A stretch of DNA of 63,822 bases, counting the filler, from Reclinomonas americana ATCC 50394 (taxonomy: Eukaryota): NCBI GenBank assembly GCA_048213135.1. It is 11 parts of 11 records of this genome, joined end to end, with 100 filler letters (N's around TTAATTAATTAA, not from the genome) between each part and the next. Parts side by side here need not be neighbours in the genome. Positions count along the whole stretch, not along the records: positions 26,219 to 30,583 come from AFZH01018083.1; positions 30,684 to 36,870 come from AFZH01018085.1; positions 36,971 to 47,269 come from AFZH01018086.1; 8 more parts are not named here. One strand, 5' to 3'. The stretch's first letter is position 1, and the number at the start of each line of letters is the position of its first letter. The notes beneath the pieces are model-generated. The model worked only from the letters and a program-made list of their open reading frames with translations. It was not told where the DNA came from and did no database searches. Below are positions 27,032 to 40,946 of the stretch, one piece after another. Position numbers and translations under genes: made by a program.

Positions 27032-30000
27032 ATGTCGCTCGTCACCGCCCTCCTCCAAGGCATCTTCATCGACGAGAACTTCCTCATTCTCATGGCCATC
27101 AGCGCCTCCGCGCCTCTCATCTGGAACCTCCTCGCGCGCGCACAGTACAGCTTCGACGCCCTCTCGCGTCTCTGCTGCGGACACCGCACTCTCGCCAATG
27201 CCCTCCTCGCCGCCTGGATCTTTGGATACTCGGGATACAGGGACTTGGTGTTGCGCATGAGAAGAGAGAGAGAGTAAGTGTGTCACACCAAAGTGTGTGA
27301 CATGTCGTCGTGTTGCAGGTTCTTCCGTGATGTGGAACTGTGGCCGCGCTCTGCGTTGTTGGATAATGATGTGTCGCGTGTGGCGGCTATTGTGTTGTTT
27401 GCGCTCGGCAGTCTGTTTGTGTACACCTCCATTGGACAGCTGGGATTTGTTGCGTGGCGCTGATGCAGTAATGTGCATGTGCTCCTTTCTCTCTCTCATG
27501 CACTCCGCGTGTCTCACTGTTGTTGCATATCTTCCTCTGCGCTTCTCTCTTTCTTCTTCCACTCTCCTCCTCACCTTCTTCATCCTACTGGTGTCTGCCT
27601 GTCTGTCTCTCTTCTCTCTTTCCTCAACTCTTTTCTCTCTCTCTTTTCATCCTCCTCCTCCTCCTCGCCTTCATCCTCTCTCTCACATGCATTCACACTT
27701 TTCTTGTCTGTCTCCTTCATGTCTTCCTCTGCATTTCACTCTCTTTTCTTCTTCTTCCTCCTCCTCTTCATCCTCTCTCTCACACACACGCTCTCTCCTT
27801 GTGTCTTACTGTAGTCTGCCTGCCAATCTCTTGTCTCATGCTCCTTCCCTTCTACTCTACCCTTCTCCGTCCTCGCTTCTGTCTTCTCTCTCTCTCTCTC
27901 TCTCAATCTCTCTCTCGCTCACTCTCTCCTTGTGTCTCACTTCTCTGATTCCTTGCTCCTTCTTCCCTTCTTGTCTTCTCTCCGTACTCGCTTCTGCCTT
28001 CCCTTTCTCTCTCACTCACTCTCTCCTTGTGCCTCTTTGTTGTCTACCTCTCTGTCTCACGTCTCTCTTTCCTCAACTCTGCACTCTCTCTTTCTCATTT
28101 CTTCCTAACCCTCCTCCTCCTCGCCTGCATCCTCTCTGTCACGCGTTCATTCACTCTCTCCTTGTGTCTCATTGTTGTCTGCCTGCCTGTCTCTTCTCTC
28201 TTTCCCTGCTCCTTCTTCCCTTCTACCCTTCTCCGTCCTCGCTTCTGTTTTCCCTCTCTTTTCTCTCTCTCTCTCCTCCTCGTCCACCTCCTCCTTACCT
28301 TCCTCATTCTCTCTCTCAGTCTTGTGCTCTGCCTGTCTCTCATTCCCAGCTCGTCACTCTCATTCTTCTCTCAATTTCTCCTCGCACAGGCTGCCTTCTC
28401 AGTCACTGCCGCTCACGCACTCTCTTCCTCTTCGTCTCCTTTGCAACCTCCTTCTTCTCCTCTCCGTCTCCTTCTCCTCCTCTCCTTCTTCTTTGTCTCC
28501 TTCTGCCTCTTCCTCCTTCTCTTCTGTATCATCTCCTCCTCGTCTCCTGTCTCTGTCTTGAGCTCACTTGCGTGTTGGTTGCAGTACGGCACGTGGTTGG
28601 GCGACTACTTTGGCTTCCTGCAGCCGTCACGCGTGACTTCATTCCCGTTCAATGTGCTCGATGTGAGTTACGAGGGAGAAAAAGAGCTGGGGAGGGTTTC
28701 ATGACGCCCTCTGCTTTGCATGACGCGGTATTGAGATACTCCGTGGTTCACGTATCATGCATGTCGACAACTGCATGAGATTGTGAGAGTGAGCAAGTGA
28801 GACAGTCAAACATAGTGGCATTGCGAGCCACGCAGCTCAGCGCCTCATAGAGTTGCAGAGGCTGCCGTTTCTGTTCGTTGTTGTTGTGCTGTGTGTTCTC
28901 GTGTACTTGGTGTGCGAGCGAGTTGATTCATAAGAGAGGGAGGAGAGAACGGTTGTGCGATCCGTTTGTGCTGTCTGTTCGTTGTTGTTATGGTGGTGGT
29001 GCGTGTACTTGGTGTGCGAGCGAGTTGAGTTATAAGAGAGGGAGGAGAAAACGGCTGTGCGATCTGTTTGTGCTGTCTGTTCGTCGTTGTTGTTGTGTGT
29101 ACTTGGTGTGCGAGCGAGTTGATTCATAAGAGAGGGAGGAGCGAACGGCTGTGCGATCTGTTTGTGCTGTCTGTTCGTCGTTGTTGTTGTGTGTACTTGG
29201 TGTGCGAGCGAGTTGATTCATAAGAGAGGGAGAGGGAAGGAGTGAACGGCTGTGCGATCTGTTTGTGCTGTCTGTTCGTTGTTGTTGTTGTGTGTACTTG
29301 GTGTGCGAGCGAGTTGATTACTACGTTGCATGACGCGGAAATCTGTACCATTCGTGTCATGTGCACGTCGACTACTACATGAAGTTGTGAGAGTGAACGA
29401 ATTAGTCATGCCACAGAGGCAGTACAGGGCAGAGCAGAACTGCAAGAGGCAGCTAGTGTCAGAGGTAGAAGAACCTGGACTCTCATCTTTATCCTGTCGT
29501 GTTGATTCATGACGCGCTTCCCGAGCGCAGAGCAGAGCGTTCCACATCTGCTGATACTTTGAGAACCTGCGCAATCCCATGTTTCGTCGGATCGACGCGC
29601 TTGAGTGAGCCAGTGAGAGCACAAGGCATAACAGGTCCGAGCAGAACGAAACATCGCAGATATTAGCAGAGTTGCAAGTCACAGTTGTCGATGCTTTGCT
29701 TTATCTGTCGCATTCTCGATTCATTCATTCTACTTGTTGTGCACTTCGACGTCTTATATTTGGTGAGGGATATCATTTCACGAAGACCTACTTCCTCGTC
29801 TTGTCATGTGTTTTCAGTTCATTATCTTTTATCACGTGAGAACAGGGCGGAGATAACATCTCAGCCTGCACTGCCGCGGATACATTAGGAATGTTCACAA
29901 TTCCTTGTTTGCTCGATGTGCTTGTGTTTGTGTGTCAAGCCTAGCCAGACAGATGCTTGCTTTTCTGGTCTATCGTATGTTTTCCGTTTATCATCTTTTG

Positions 30001-30361
30001 TCACTTCGTGAGAGCAGACTAGAGCGTTCCACAATTCACGGTGCATGCACAGTTCATGATCCTTTCAATCCAGTTCGTCAATATCTCTACCTCTCTGCTT
30101 TCGCACTCACCCTTCCCTTCCATCCCCTCCCCCTCCCCTTCCCCTCCCCCGCAGAACCCCATGTACGTCGGCAGCTCCATGTGCTTCCTCGGCCACGCCC
30201 TCTGGGAGCGCAGCCTGAACGGCGTCATGATGTCCGTGTGGATCTTCCTCGTCTACCGCATCGCGCTGCTCTTCGAGGAGCCGTACACGGCGGAGATCTA
30301 CGCGCGCGTGGAGCGCCTGAAGCTCGCTGGCCAGCGCAAGAGCGTCAACTCGACCGAGTAG
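27032..30361 (+). CDS. PEMT: Phosphatidylethanolamine / phosphatidyl-N-methylethanolamine N-methyltransferase (PEMT/Opi3)
   Basis: APLIWNLLARAQY..RDL; LGF|YGTWLGDYFG..RVTSFPFNVLD|NPMYVGS..YRIALLFEEPYTAEIY. Confidence 0.93.
28870..29320. repeat. ~95-100-bp tandem repeat (4-5 copies) in a PEMT intron
   Basis: gtacttggtgtgcgagcgagttga recurs near 28902, 29005, 29099, 29193 and 29294. Confidence 0.9.
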
Positions 30362-30485
30362 AGAGGGAGATGTCAAGCAGCGATGCCAAGTGCATCACAA
30401 AAAAACGGCACGACCTTTATAGAATGAACTTTTTTCCCCCCACCCCTGATGACATGTCTCTCGTGATGTTGCGCTGCGCAAGGAG

Positions 30486-31323
30486 CTAGCGACGCGATGC
30501 ACCACCACCACGGCCACTGGCGCCGCCACCACCGCCGGCACCACCACCACCTCCGCCACCACCGCTGAGATGCGGGAGGCGAGNNNNNNNNNNNNNNNNN
30601 NNNNNNNNNNNNNNNNNNNNNNNNNNNTTAATTAATTAANNNNNNNNNNNNNNNNNNNNNNNNNNNNNNNNNNNNNNNNNNNNCTGCTTCGCTCTTTGCG
30701 CAACTCCACTTTGTTCTGTGCTTCTCATTCTCTCTCGTTCTCTTCTTACTCTCGCTATTCCCTCCATTACCCTCCCTCTCTCTCCCACCCTGTTTCACTC
30801 TTTCTCTCTGCACTTCTCATTCTCTGTGCCACTCCTCTTTCATCCCCTTCTCCTCCCACTCTCCTCCCCTTCTCTTCGCTCACCAAGATCCGCCTGCAAC
30901 TGCTCACGCTTCTGTCGCTCATGATGGCGTTCCTCCAGAGTCCTCTGTGGAAACACACACACAAACAATCAGAGAGACACACACACACTCTCTCACACAC
31001 AGCACATCACGCAACTCCATCATTCATCGCTGAGTGAGAGAGAGAAACACACAGAGAGAGAGAGAGTGAGTGTGATTGATATTGAGCAGTTTATCTCTCT
31101 CTCTTTTTTTACTGTCACTCACCAGCAAGTGCATTCATAAAGCGACCTTCTCCTCGCGGGTTTGTCGTGGAGACTGCGTGTGAGGTGTCATCGCCACCAA
31201 AGATGTTGAATGACTGATTGTGGTGGTGATACGACTGTGTGTGTGAGAGAGAGAGAGTGAGAGAGTGAGTGAGAGAGTGACAGAGAGTGTACGCACTGGG
31301 CGATCAGGTGAGCGACGCGACAT
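30486..31323 (-). CDS. Hypothetical coiled-coil protein with Gly-rich tail; spans gap 7
   Basis: MSRRSPDRP|SYHHHNQSFNIFGGDD..RFMNALA|AMNDG|RTLEERHHERQKREQLQADL with consistent intron phases. Across the gap: ..HLSGGGGGGGGGAGGGGGASGRGGGASRR*. Confidence 0.55.
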
Positions 31324-31605
31324 GCTTGACACAAGAGTCCACTGACGGAGTGAGTGTAATTTGGCGCCAAAATGTGTCCTGTTTCCTTCGACGTTTCTTC
31401 CTTTGTTTCGTAAGGTTCTCTGCAAGTACTCGGTCCTTGCGCGTATGCCATGGAACGAAAACTCGGTGGTTCGAATGCACCGCTTGCAATTTTAACCTGC
31501 TGCAAACGCAATGGCAATCCTTGCGCATGCCCACTTCGTCTCCATCGCACGTGCACCCTCTGCAGGAACATCGCGGGCGTCGGGCCTCCTGCCAGTGCAA
31601 TTCTC

Positions 31606-34600
31606 TCAAATCCTGCTCGTCATGGGCGACTCTGGCGGGCGAATGCGCGAGTGAGCCGCAAGTCGATAAGCCCAATAAAGAATTCACGTCGACGTCGCTG
31701 CGCATCGTGTCGTAGAGATCGCACTCGAAGTGGTTTTCTTCACTTGCATGATGCATTCAATTTTGTTGCTCACGACACGCGTACCCAGTGCGCCAGCATA
31801 TAGATAGATATACGTAAGATCAATCTATCGCCTCCGCAGCGCAGCGGCGCTGGCATCAGAGTGAACTCGTACCGATGCCATCCCCGTGGCAAAACTCCTG
31901 TTTGTGATCACTGTCTCCTCCGACTTCAGCGTCTCCCATGTCCTCGTATGCACCTTGGTGGCGCAGCGCTGTATGAGAATCGTATATGTAAGCATTCTCT
32001 CTTCCTTTCTTCCCATTAATCTGCATGCAACTCACCATGCATGTCCATGTCGCCCTTCACGACCACAGGTTGTGAGTCAATCGCGACAATGTGAGTCTTA
32101 GCAACAGCAGTCGCGGACACTCCATCACTCTTCGATGCATCATCATCTTTCGCTGGCGGAACTGGATTATCCTCCAGCTCAATCTGCGTCCTCAGGTGTT
32201 AGCAACTGCAAAGAGGAAGCAGAATGTGCACGCGCTAGCGCGTGTACAGCGGATGTTGGCATGATGACCACGATACCTCTTGCAGCGCCGCTGGTGTCGA
32301 TGACGCGGCTATCAAAGTCGCCGTCACGCCACCAGCAAGCGTTGTAGCCTGCGGCGGCGGTACCGGAGCGCAGAAGCTATGCTCCAACACCTGCTCCGCC
32401 GTCGGTCGGTCCGCCGGCCAGAACTCCATCAGCCACTCCACCAGCTCCACCACTTCCGAGTATCCGTCTTCGCCCGGATGCGCCTGCGCGCACTCTCGCA
32501 CCGCCTCCACAGCCGCAGCCGCCTGCTCGATCGGGTGACACAACGGGTCGACCACGACGCCGAACTCGTCCACCATGTAACAGGCAATTGTCGCTCCCAG
32601 ACTCCACATGTCCGCCTTGCCGCCCGGCGGGTAGTTGCTCTCCTCAAACGGATCGACGCCGATCGCCTCCGGAGACTGCGATCGACCATGCAATGAGTTT
32701 GCGTCGCACCACCACGCTTGCAGGCCCCACCACTACTCACCATGAACCGGCGCGTTCCGATCCACTCTGATCCGCGCTGCCGATCACGCAACGACCGCGC
32801 CAGATCCCAGTCGATCAGTGTCGCCACCTCGTGTCGACTGTACATGATGTTGGCCGGCTTCACATCCAAGTGTGCCCACCCGTTGGAGTGTGCATGGTGC
32901 AGCGCCGTCGCCACATCGCGCACCACGATCCGCAGATCCTCGATGGTGTACACGTGATCGTTGGGCAGCAGCTGCAACCACAAGTCCGCTTCGTCCACAC
33001 GAATCGGTGTCGGCAGCCGCAGTTGCACGGCCGGCGACGCAGTGCGCCGCAGTTCTTCCAGCACACGCATCTCGCGGCTCGCTTCGCGCGCCGAATGGCA
33101 GCGCTTCACATGCTTCTGCTTGCCGAATGAAGGCTGCCGCGGCTGCTGACTGTCTGTAACACGCTGGCTCGAATCAGTCTTCTCTGTTTTCCAAACAACA
33201 GAAAAAGGCATGCGTATGACAATAAGTCAGTAAATTCGTCATCACGAACATTCAAAACAAATAACAGGTCTGAGGTGTCACGTACGAATCGGTGTGCCAC
33301 TCTTGTCCATCTTGGCCCCCGATTTTGAATTCTCGGGCGCCGTGCCTTCTTTCTTCAACGCTTCCCGAATGTCGGGGTTGAATGAAGGCTGCAGATCCGT
33401 CACACTCTCCCTGCACATTGTCACCACACCGGCAAGGGCCGCAAACATCGACTCTCGATCTCCAACTGTGCACACACGCGCACAACTGTTATGAGGTATC
33501 CATACACGAACCACAACAGTGCGTGCAATCAGCAACTCACATTGGCGTCCACAAAAGTCGACCTGCACTGTTGGTGGATAGTCACCCTGTGGCGTCATGT
33601 TCCACATTCCGACGATCGAGATGTTCAGCTGTGGCAGACACTGGCGAGCGGCGTTCATCTCCCGCATCACCGCCGACGACGGCGACGGCAACCAAGCAAA
33701 CGGCAGCGTCTCCAACGGCTTCACAACACTGGCACCATGTGTGACCACGAACAGCGACATTGACCACTCGGTGGTCAGACAGAAGGCGGTCATCAACGAC
33801 GGCCACCCACGGCGATCCATGTGCGCCGCCAGCATCCACCAGTTCCAACAAGCCTGGTGCATGGACTTGTGCAGGTCCGGATGGCGAGAGAGGACGCACA
33901 GCATCGTCGATCGGAGGGCCGCATCATGTGCGTCATCGGCAGAAAGATTCCTTCTGGAACTGGCACTGCTGCCGGCACTGGCACTGCCGCTGCCGCTACC
34001 ACTGCCGTCAGTTCCTTTCGTCTCGTCAGAACTCGCGGCCTTGTTGGCCTTGACCCTCTTCTTCTCCTCTTGACTCATAATCACCAATGAGTTCTCCGCG
34101 GGTGGAATGTCATTTGGATTGTACTCCACGCGAAAAAAGTCGACGTTTGCTGACCGTACATGGTCGCCATGCTCGTCGCTCACCGTGCCGGAGCGATAAC
34201 TGCGTGGGCGTGGAAGGACATGAGAGATAGGGAGGGAAAAGAGTTGAGAAAGAACGCAAGACTGCAAACAAGGTGCAAGAGTGTTAGGGTGAGTGGGAGA
34301 GAATGAGAGACATATACGCGAGAAAGAAAGACAGAGAGCACGAGACAGACAGAGTGAACGGAAATAGCAGTACGCATGAGAGAGAGAGAGTGAGAGACAG
34401 AGGCTCGGTCAACTATAACAGTCGCAGCCCTCCCCTCTCCGCAGCGAGAGTTGTCTCACCTGCAGCGATACGTCGCACCGGCCTTGCACTCGATGAAAAA
34501 CACAGGTGCCACGACCACATTCTCGGGCGACAGAGCCAACACCTGCAAATCCGCGTGTTTCACTGCGAGTTCACACTATATAAGTCGTCTGCATGTACAA

Positions 34601-36004
34601 CACAATAGCACAACTCCCTCCACACAGCAGCAGAGGCCGCAACTGTTGAACATCACACCGTGGTCGACTCGCATATTCGGGTTCTCACAAAGCAGCAATT
34701 GGAGCGTGGTGCCGACAGTGGGAAACCAGTGGAACACGTCCACAGCGTTCTCAGACATCTCGAATACTGTACAACATAATCTCCTTAGCACACTTTAAAG
34801 CAGCGCACACACACTCATGTCTCACACGACGTCTCACGCACCGCGTTGCGGATAGGTGGTCGCTGCAGTGCGCACATCTTCACATCCACGTCTCCATACT
34901 TGCAAAGCACTGCGAGTGCGCACAGACAAAGAAAGAAAGAACAAACACACAAACACACACGGAAAAGGAGATTGATCATGAGACATAGACACACATACAC
35001 AAAGATACGAGTGCACGCATCGTTGCGTATGCACGCACAGGGGACACACAGACGCACATCAACGATCACACCATTCACACACGTAAAGAAAGACACAGTG
35101 GATCATCAGTCACTTCAAACTTTCATCACGGCGTTGGTGGGGAGAACACTCACCGTTCCATGTCAACAGTCCACACTCGCGATTCCTCGCTCATCTCGCG
35201 GCGAATGGTGCGGACCCGATCCATCACCACCGCAGGCGCTACCGTCGGCAACAGCAGGCCATGCAACACAGGCTCCAATGCGTACACATCGCGTCGGAGG
35301 GACACACAGAACGCTGAAACATAATCGAGTTAACACGGTAAGCTGCGAGGTGCCACTCGCACACACACTCACACCTTCCATCACGCGTGCCAGTGCCTCG
35401 TCAGAGAAAATGTTGTCACCGCTGCGGTCGTCACAGGCGGCCATGTATTGCACCACGGCAAGAATGCATAGCTGCGCACGATCTTCATGGCGACGCGACT
35501 GCCAGTCGATTGCCACCTCGCTCGACTGCATGTCGTCAATGTCACCATCGTCTGCACTCCGCAGCATGAGCTCAATCAAATGTACACCACTTATTCACGT
35601 GCATGAAAGAGAATTGGCTCACCAGCAGAGACAGTCAGAGTGGCTTTCAGGACGTCGATTAAGTAGTTGAGCGCAGACATGCGTGCGAAACAGTTCGCAG
35701 CCAAGATGTTGTTGCCAGCCTCCATAGCACGACCGGCGACATCAAGTAGAAGCGTCGTGCGCTGCATCGCTCTCTCCAGCGTGCGAACGTCATCATCGTT
35801 CTCCGGCAATTCTGCGACACACGACTTGTGTAAGGAAACCTGAAACATCTGGCGGGAAATGCGACTTTATTTCGTCGACACTCCCTCTCGCACACGCCAC
35901 TAACAGTGAGCGCAGAGAGACTGCCTCTATATGCGTGCATGTGTGCGCATGTGCGTCATTTGTGTCTTTGTGTTGATTTGAGAGAAAAGTGAGAGTCAGA
36001 GAGC

Positions 36005-36045
<41 letters not shown>

Positions 36046-36502
36046 AGAGAGAAAGAGAGAAACAGAAAGAGTACGTCTGTGAGCGGCACTCACTGCATCT
36101 CCTCCTCTCACACAGTGTGCGTGAGGTGCACTCGCTGCATCCCACACACGCTCTCTCTCAAACGGAGCACCGCTCGCTCGCTCGCTCACCTGGCGACGGG
36201 AAGCTGCCGGCTGCCGCGGCCATGACTCCTCTGATCCGAAAGTGTGTGCTCTCAGAAGCCGTTGAATTTGGTTTCGCGCCAATTCGCAGCGGGTCCAATT
36301 CTGATTCATCCAAAACATCAACACAAGTCGGATAGACTTTCCTCTGCACATGTTCGCTCACATCACCCTTGCTTTGCCTATCGACCTCCTCCCTTCCGAC
36401 TGCTTCTCCCCACATAGGCAAAGAATCTTCTACTTGCATCATAAATATCTCGCTCTTCTCTCCTTCTTCTCTCTGTCTGTCTCTCGGTAAATTACTGGAC
36501 AC
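31606..36502 (-). CDS. Crinkler-like effector copy 2: single helical module + REase + atypical kinase + distinct C-terminal tail (ends tentative)
   Basis: Inverted paralogue of 5111-9336: ELPENDDDVRTLERAMQR..; VKHADLQVLALSPENVVVAPVFFIECKAG (exon ~34460-34562); LHKSMHQACWNWWML; HVKRCH..HLDVKPAN..IDWDLA..GTRRFM|SPE; then tail exons IELEDNPVPP..|ALRHQGAYED.. Confidence 0.78.
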
Positions 36503-37233
36503 CGCCTTCGTTACGTCGCACTGTCAATGCCAATGCGCTCCACTGGCCCACGACCGACCTTGCCGCGCACTGGCGCCGTTGGTGTGACCGACGCCGCCGG
36601 TCCCGCACTTGCCGGTTGCGAGACTGCTGTTGGCCCTGGTGCTGCAGCGGCGGTGCGACGAGGCCGTGTGGCGGAAAACGCGCTGTCGGGCACATGCGAT
36701 TCGCGGTTGTCGGCCTGTTGCTGTGGTGGTGGTGCTGCGGCCGGTGGTGGTGGAGGGGGCGCGCGTGGTGGCGTCCCGCGTGCTGGCTGCGGTTCGGCGC
36801 CCTCCTCCGGCGCAGACTGCCACCGCACACGGCGCGGGGACGACTCACGGTTCGCGAGGCTGCCAGTGTTNNNNNNNNNNNNNNNNNNNNNNNNNNNNNN
36901 NNNNNNNNNNNNNNTTAATTAATTAANNNNNNNNNNNNNNNNNNNNNNNNNNNNNNNNNNNNNNNNNNNNAGAGAGAGAGAGATAGATAGAGAGAGAGAA
37001 GGCGCGAGGGGAAATAGAGAGAGGAACGAGAGAGACAGTGAAGACCACAAGAGAGATAAGAACGAGAGCGTGCGAGGTCACGGGGATACCGTGCAGGTGG
37101 AATAAGAGAGAGCGAAAGTGTAAGGGAGAGCGCATGAGACAATAAAGAAGAGAGAAGAACGAAAACAAGAGTTTCGAAACAGCGCTATATCATGCATGCA
37201 AAGAGAGAGAGAAGAAGAAAATTACAGGATAAC

Positions 37234-40200
37234 CTACAGACGACGCAAACGAGACAGCGCTAGATGGCGGGGGAATCGCGCACGTGACAAGAAAGCAAGC
37301 AAAACGAGAGCTCTCGAAATTGCAGGTCGAGATCCGTGCAGTGTGGTGACAATACGCAACGCAGACTGCGGGCTCAGCGGCCGCGAGCGTGATGGCGACT
37401 TGGTGGGCGCGTGATAGCGCCCAGCAATGAAACCGCGCGAGGCGGCAAACCCAGTACCGGAGCCTTGCGCGGTGACCGTGTCCTGATTGCGGAAGAGGAG
37501 CAGCAGCTTGATGTGTGGTGGCAGCGCAGGTTTGCGGCGCGCCTTGTCACCGCCGTTGGCGTTGGTGCCGATAGCAGCCTTCTCCACTGCGCATATTGTA
37601 AGGAAGAGGTCAGCGTCAACCGATGATGCTGCGTGCAGGAGCGAAACAAACCAGCACTCAGAACACCGGCAATCTCCTTGGCACGTTGGTACACAATTTC
37701 GGAGCCCATTGGCGCTCTGGCCACGTCCAGCAGCACGCGGCGCAACTGAAGCTGCATCAGCGCACTCGAGTATGCCGCCACAACTGTCGAGCGCACACAG
37801 TCAGCCAAAAAAACAAGACGCACGAGTGTCACTCGCACACGAAACTTCGAGGTGACAGCACGGCGCGAAGCAGATCAAGGACGCCGACGGTGGACGCCAG
37901 CAGATCACCGTGTTCGCCATGGTTGACGAACTCGACCACGGCACCCAAATACATGCCGCCCAGTTCCAAGCCCTCGGAACGCACAAACTCCTCCTGATGC
38001 TCGAAATCGTCTGCAGCCAACAAACATCCAGTGAGTACATAATGCTCTCACCACGTCATAGTCGCCACTCACTCACTCACCCTGCACGAGCATCAGCAGC
38101 ATGTTGGTCAACATCCAGATCTTGTCGTCGATCGGCTCCGGCGTCACGGTGGCACCCGTCACCAAATCGGCCCACATGTACAGCAGCGTCGTCACAGCAC
38201 CGCACGGATGGAGTGCGATGCGACTGTCGGCCGATCCTGTGCAGCAAGCGAGAGACGATGAGAGGCAGACGCGATGAGAGGAGGAACCAGGGAGGAAACT
38301 CACCAGCACACGCTGCCAGCAGCGCCTGGAGCGCCACGCGCGCCAGCGAAACGTGACCAGTGTTCACTGGTCTCAACACACGCACCAGCAACGGAAGGCC
38401 GTTGAGCTGACGCACCAGGGTTTGATTTTCCGCGTGACCTGCGGGAGACCAAAGAAGTGAGACCACGCAGACGATTTCAATGCAGAGACATGAAGAAGAA
38501 AACTACAAACCCTTCCGCTCTTTCTCTCCCTATGTCCTTCTCTTCCCACAAACACGTAAAAGCGGAGGCACGATCATGAAGAAGACTCTACCAGAACACA
38601 AAAGAATCCTTTCGCTTTTTCTCTCACAAACAAGGAAGCAACAGCATGACAGCTGTACAAAGAAGGCCGTATCTCACCAGATTCATCTCCTCTCTCACTC
38701 CCTCTTTCGAGCAGAGGCACACACTACGCGCGGCTGTTCACGCTGCTTCTCACCGATACAACACCACCTCTTTCCCCTTTCTTCCTACCACTCAAAGAAA
38801 CCGACAAGAAAAAGCTGTGGCCAACCAATAGTCGTTTCTTTTGTCACGCACACATTGATAAGCAATTTGCGCAGACCGCGCTTCTCATTCAACTGCCTTC
38901 TCATCCTCTCAAGCCGCAGTACGCACTCCCAAACACACCACAGTGCGGCGCCACCATCCTCCTATACCGAACCAGTATCTCCCTCTCTCATGTCACCCTG
39001 CGAAGGCAACACACGCGGCCTCTCTTCGATCCTCCTCTCCACAATTAATGGCAACCACGCACTAGAAGCTGCGCACTCGTCCTGTTCTCACCGGAGTTCT
39101 CCCACACACACAAGGCAAGCAATGACACACACGCACACTCTTCCGACAGCTGCGGCTTCCTCGCCTTCTGCCCCGATATTCTCCGAGACGAGGCACAGAA
39201 ACTACCCACACTCTCTCCCTCTCGCAACACACACACTCTCTCTCTCTCACACACACGTTCTCTTTCCCTTTATCCCCTCCCTTCCCCCTATGCCCCTCTC
39301 CCTTTATCCCCTTCCCCCCTTGCCGCTCACCCGTGGTGCACGCCGCCAACAACAAACACGCCGCCTCGGTCTCCCACCTCGGCTGCAGCGGGGGTCGCGA
39401 CGCAGACGACGACCCATGCCCACCGATTCCATTAACGCCCGCATTGGTGGGCGTCGGCACCGACACGGACGACGTCGACGAATCCGCCGGCGAGTCCGGC
39501 CCTCCCGCTCCCCCTCCCGCTCCGGCCGTACCCGCCGTTCCCGCCGCCGAGATCACCGACGGCAGGTACTCCATTTGCGTCAGCTGCGCAATGCACCACT
39601 GCACGCCGCCGACTCGCGCAAAATGTGTCTGGTTGGCGGTGCACGACGAACCGGACATGGCCATCAGCAAACAGTCAGCCGCCTGCTGCCGCAACTGCCG
39701 CGCCAACACATCCGAGTCGTACACCGCCAGCATCGCCAGCAGCACCTCCGTAATGCCCAACTCGCGCACCACATCCCGCATCGACGGCTCTGCCAAAAAA
39801 ACACAAAAACAATGAGCGCGCGCGCAAACACCCAAGCATTGCATCAGAAACGCGCGTAACTTCGCTCCAGCGCCACCTGCACCAGCGTCAACACCTCCGT
39901 AGCCACCTCCGCATCCGGCACATCGCGCAGCAAGTCACACGCCACCGAAAACCACCCGCTCGCCATCAGCAAATCATCCGCAGTCACCGACTGCTGGCCT
40001 GTATCCGCAAATGATACACCACACAATCAATCAAGTGATACAGCAAGCCGCAGCACGAAAGACATTAGAAAAGCAATGAATGAGCGTGTGTATGGGAGGG
40101 AGAGAGGAGAGAGAGAGAGAGGGTGCGCGTGTGTGTGTGAGAGAGAGTGCGTGTGCATATATCGCGCGTACAGCGGACGGAATTGCGACTCGCAACATAG

Positions 40201-40756
40201 CAACGAGTGGCGTGTCGCGCACAGTCCACCACGGGCCCCACTCCTCTCACACACACACACACACTCACACACACTCACAAGACACACTCTTCTATGAAAA
40301 ATATGCAACATGAGACACACACTCACACTCACCCGTCGCACTCTCCCACATCCTCTGCACATCCCTCGCGCGCGCCCTCTCAAACGCATCCGCCAAGTGC
40401 CGCACTCTCGCCACCAACGACGCCGCCTCATGCGCTCTCCCCGCGCCCAACGCCACCACAGACTCACTCGCACTCACAAACAACACACTCCCTTCTCCAC
40501 CTCCAGAGCCTCCCAATTGCAAAGGCCGCGCCACTCGCATTCTACTCCCACTTGCCCTCGCTTTTCGTGTGCTTTTCGTGTGCTTCAGCAGGCGTCGCGT
40601 CATCTTTTGCCACACTTGTTGGCAGCGACGCGAGTGTGCTTGCATCACGTGTAAGGTGTCGCGCTCTTCTCCGCTCAACTGGGCCTCTTGCACAGAGGTG
40701 GCGAGAGGCACCGCAGGCGACTTGTGAGTGCTGGCACTGCTTGAGCGCGCGCCCAT
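37234..40756 (-). CDS. Hypothetical multi-exon ARM/HEAT-like helical-repeat protein (boundaries approximate)
   Basis: Exons with ARM-like periodicity: MRDVVRELGITEVLLAML, ANQTHFARVGGVQWCIAQL, ENQTLVRQLNGLPLLVRVL, DSRIALHPCGAVTTLLYM, EHQEEFVRSEGLEL. Confidence 0.55.
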
Positions 40757-40946
40757 GTGGACACAATGTAAGACAATATCTCGCAAAGTGAGTCACCTAA
40801 GGTGTCGCCTATACACGCCTAAGTCGTCGCCTAAGTGTGTATAAGTGTGTATAAGTGTGTGAAAGTGTGTGGAAGTGTGCGAAAAGTGTGTGGAAGTGTG
40901 CGCAAGTGTGTGCAAAGTGTGCGAAAGTGTGCGAAAGTGTGTGTCC

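Noticed and set aside
27297..28778. Long Ser/Leu-rich ORFs (also 14216-15208, 15934-16700, 17713-18350, 38480-39300, 1052-1918)
   Set aside because: Translations of CT/CA-rich introns or intergenic DNA that lack stops for compositional reasons.
28870..29320. CRISPR-like array
   Set aside because: Whole units repeat with no unique spacers; a eukaryotic intronic minisatellite.
31304..31803. Cys-rich ORFs (CSCRGCTC..CHCVC) as a CxC/transposase zinc domain
   Set aside because: No consistent splice phase or associated transposase motifs; similar Cys-rich frames appear on both strands.
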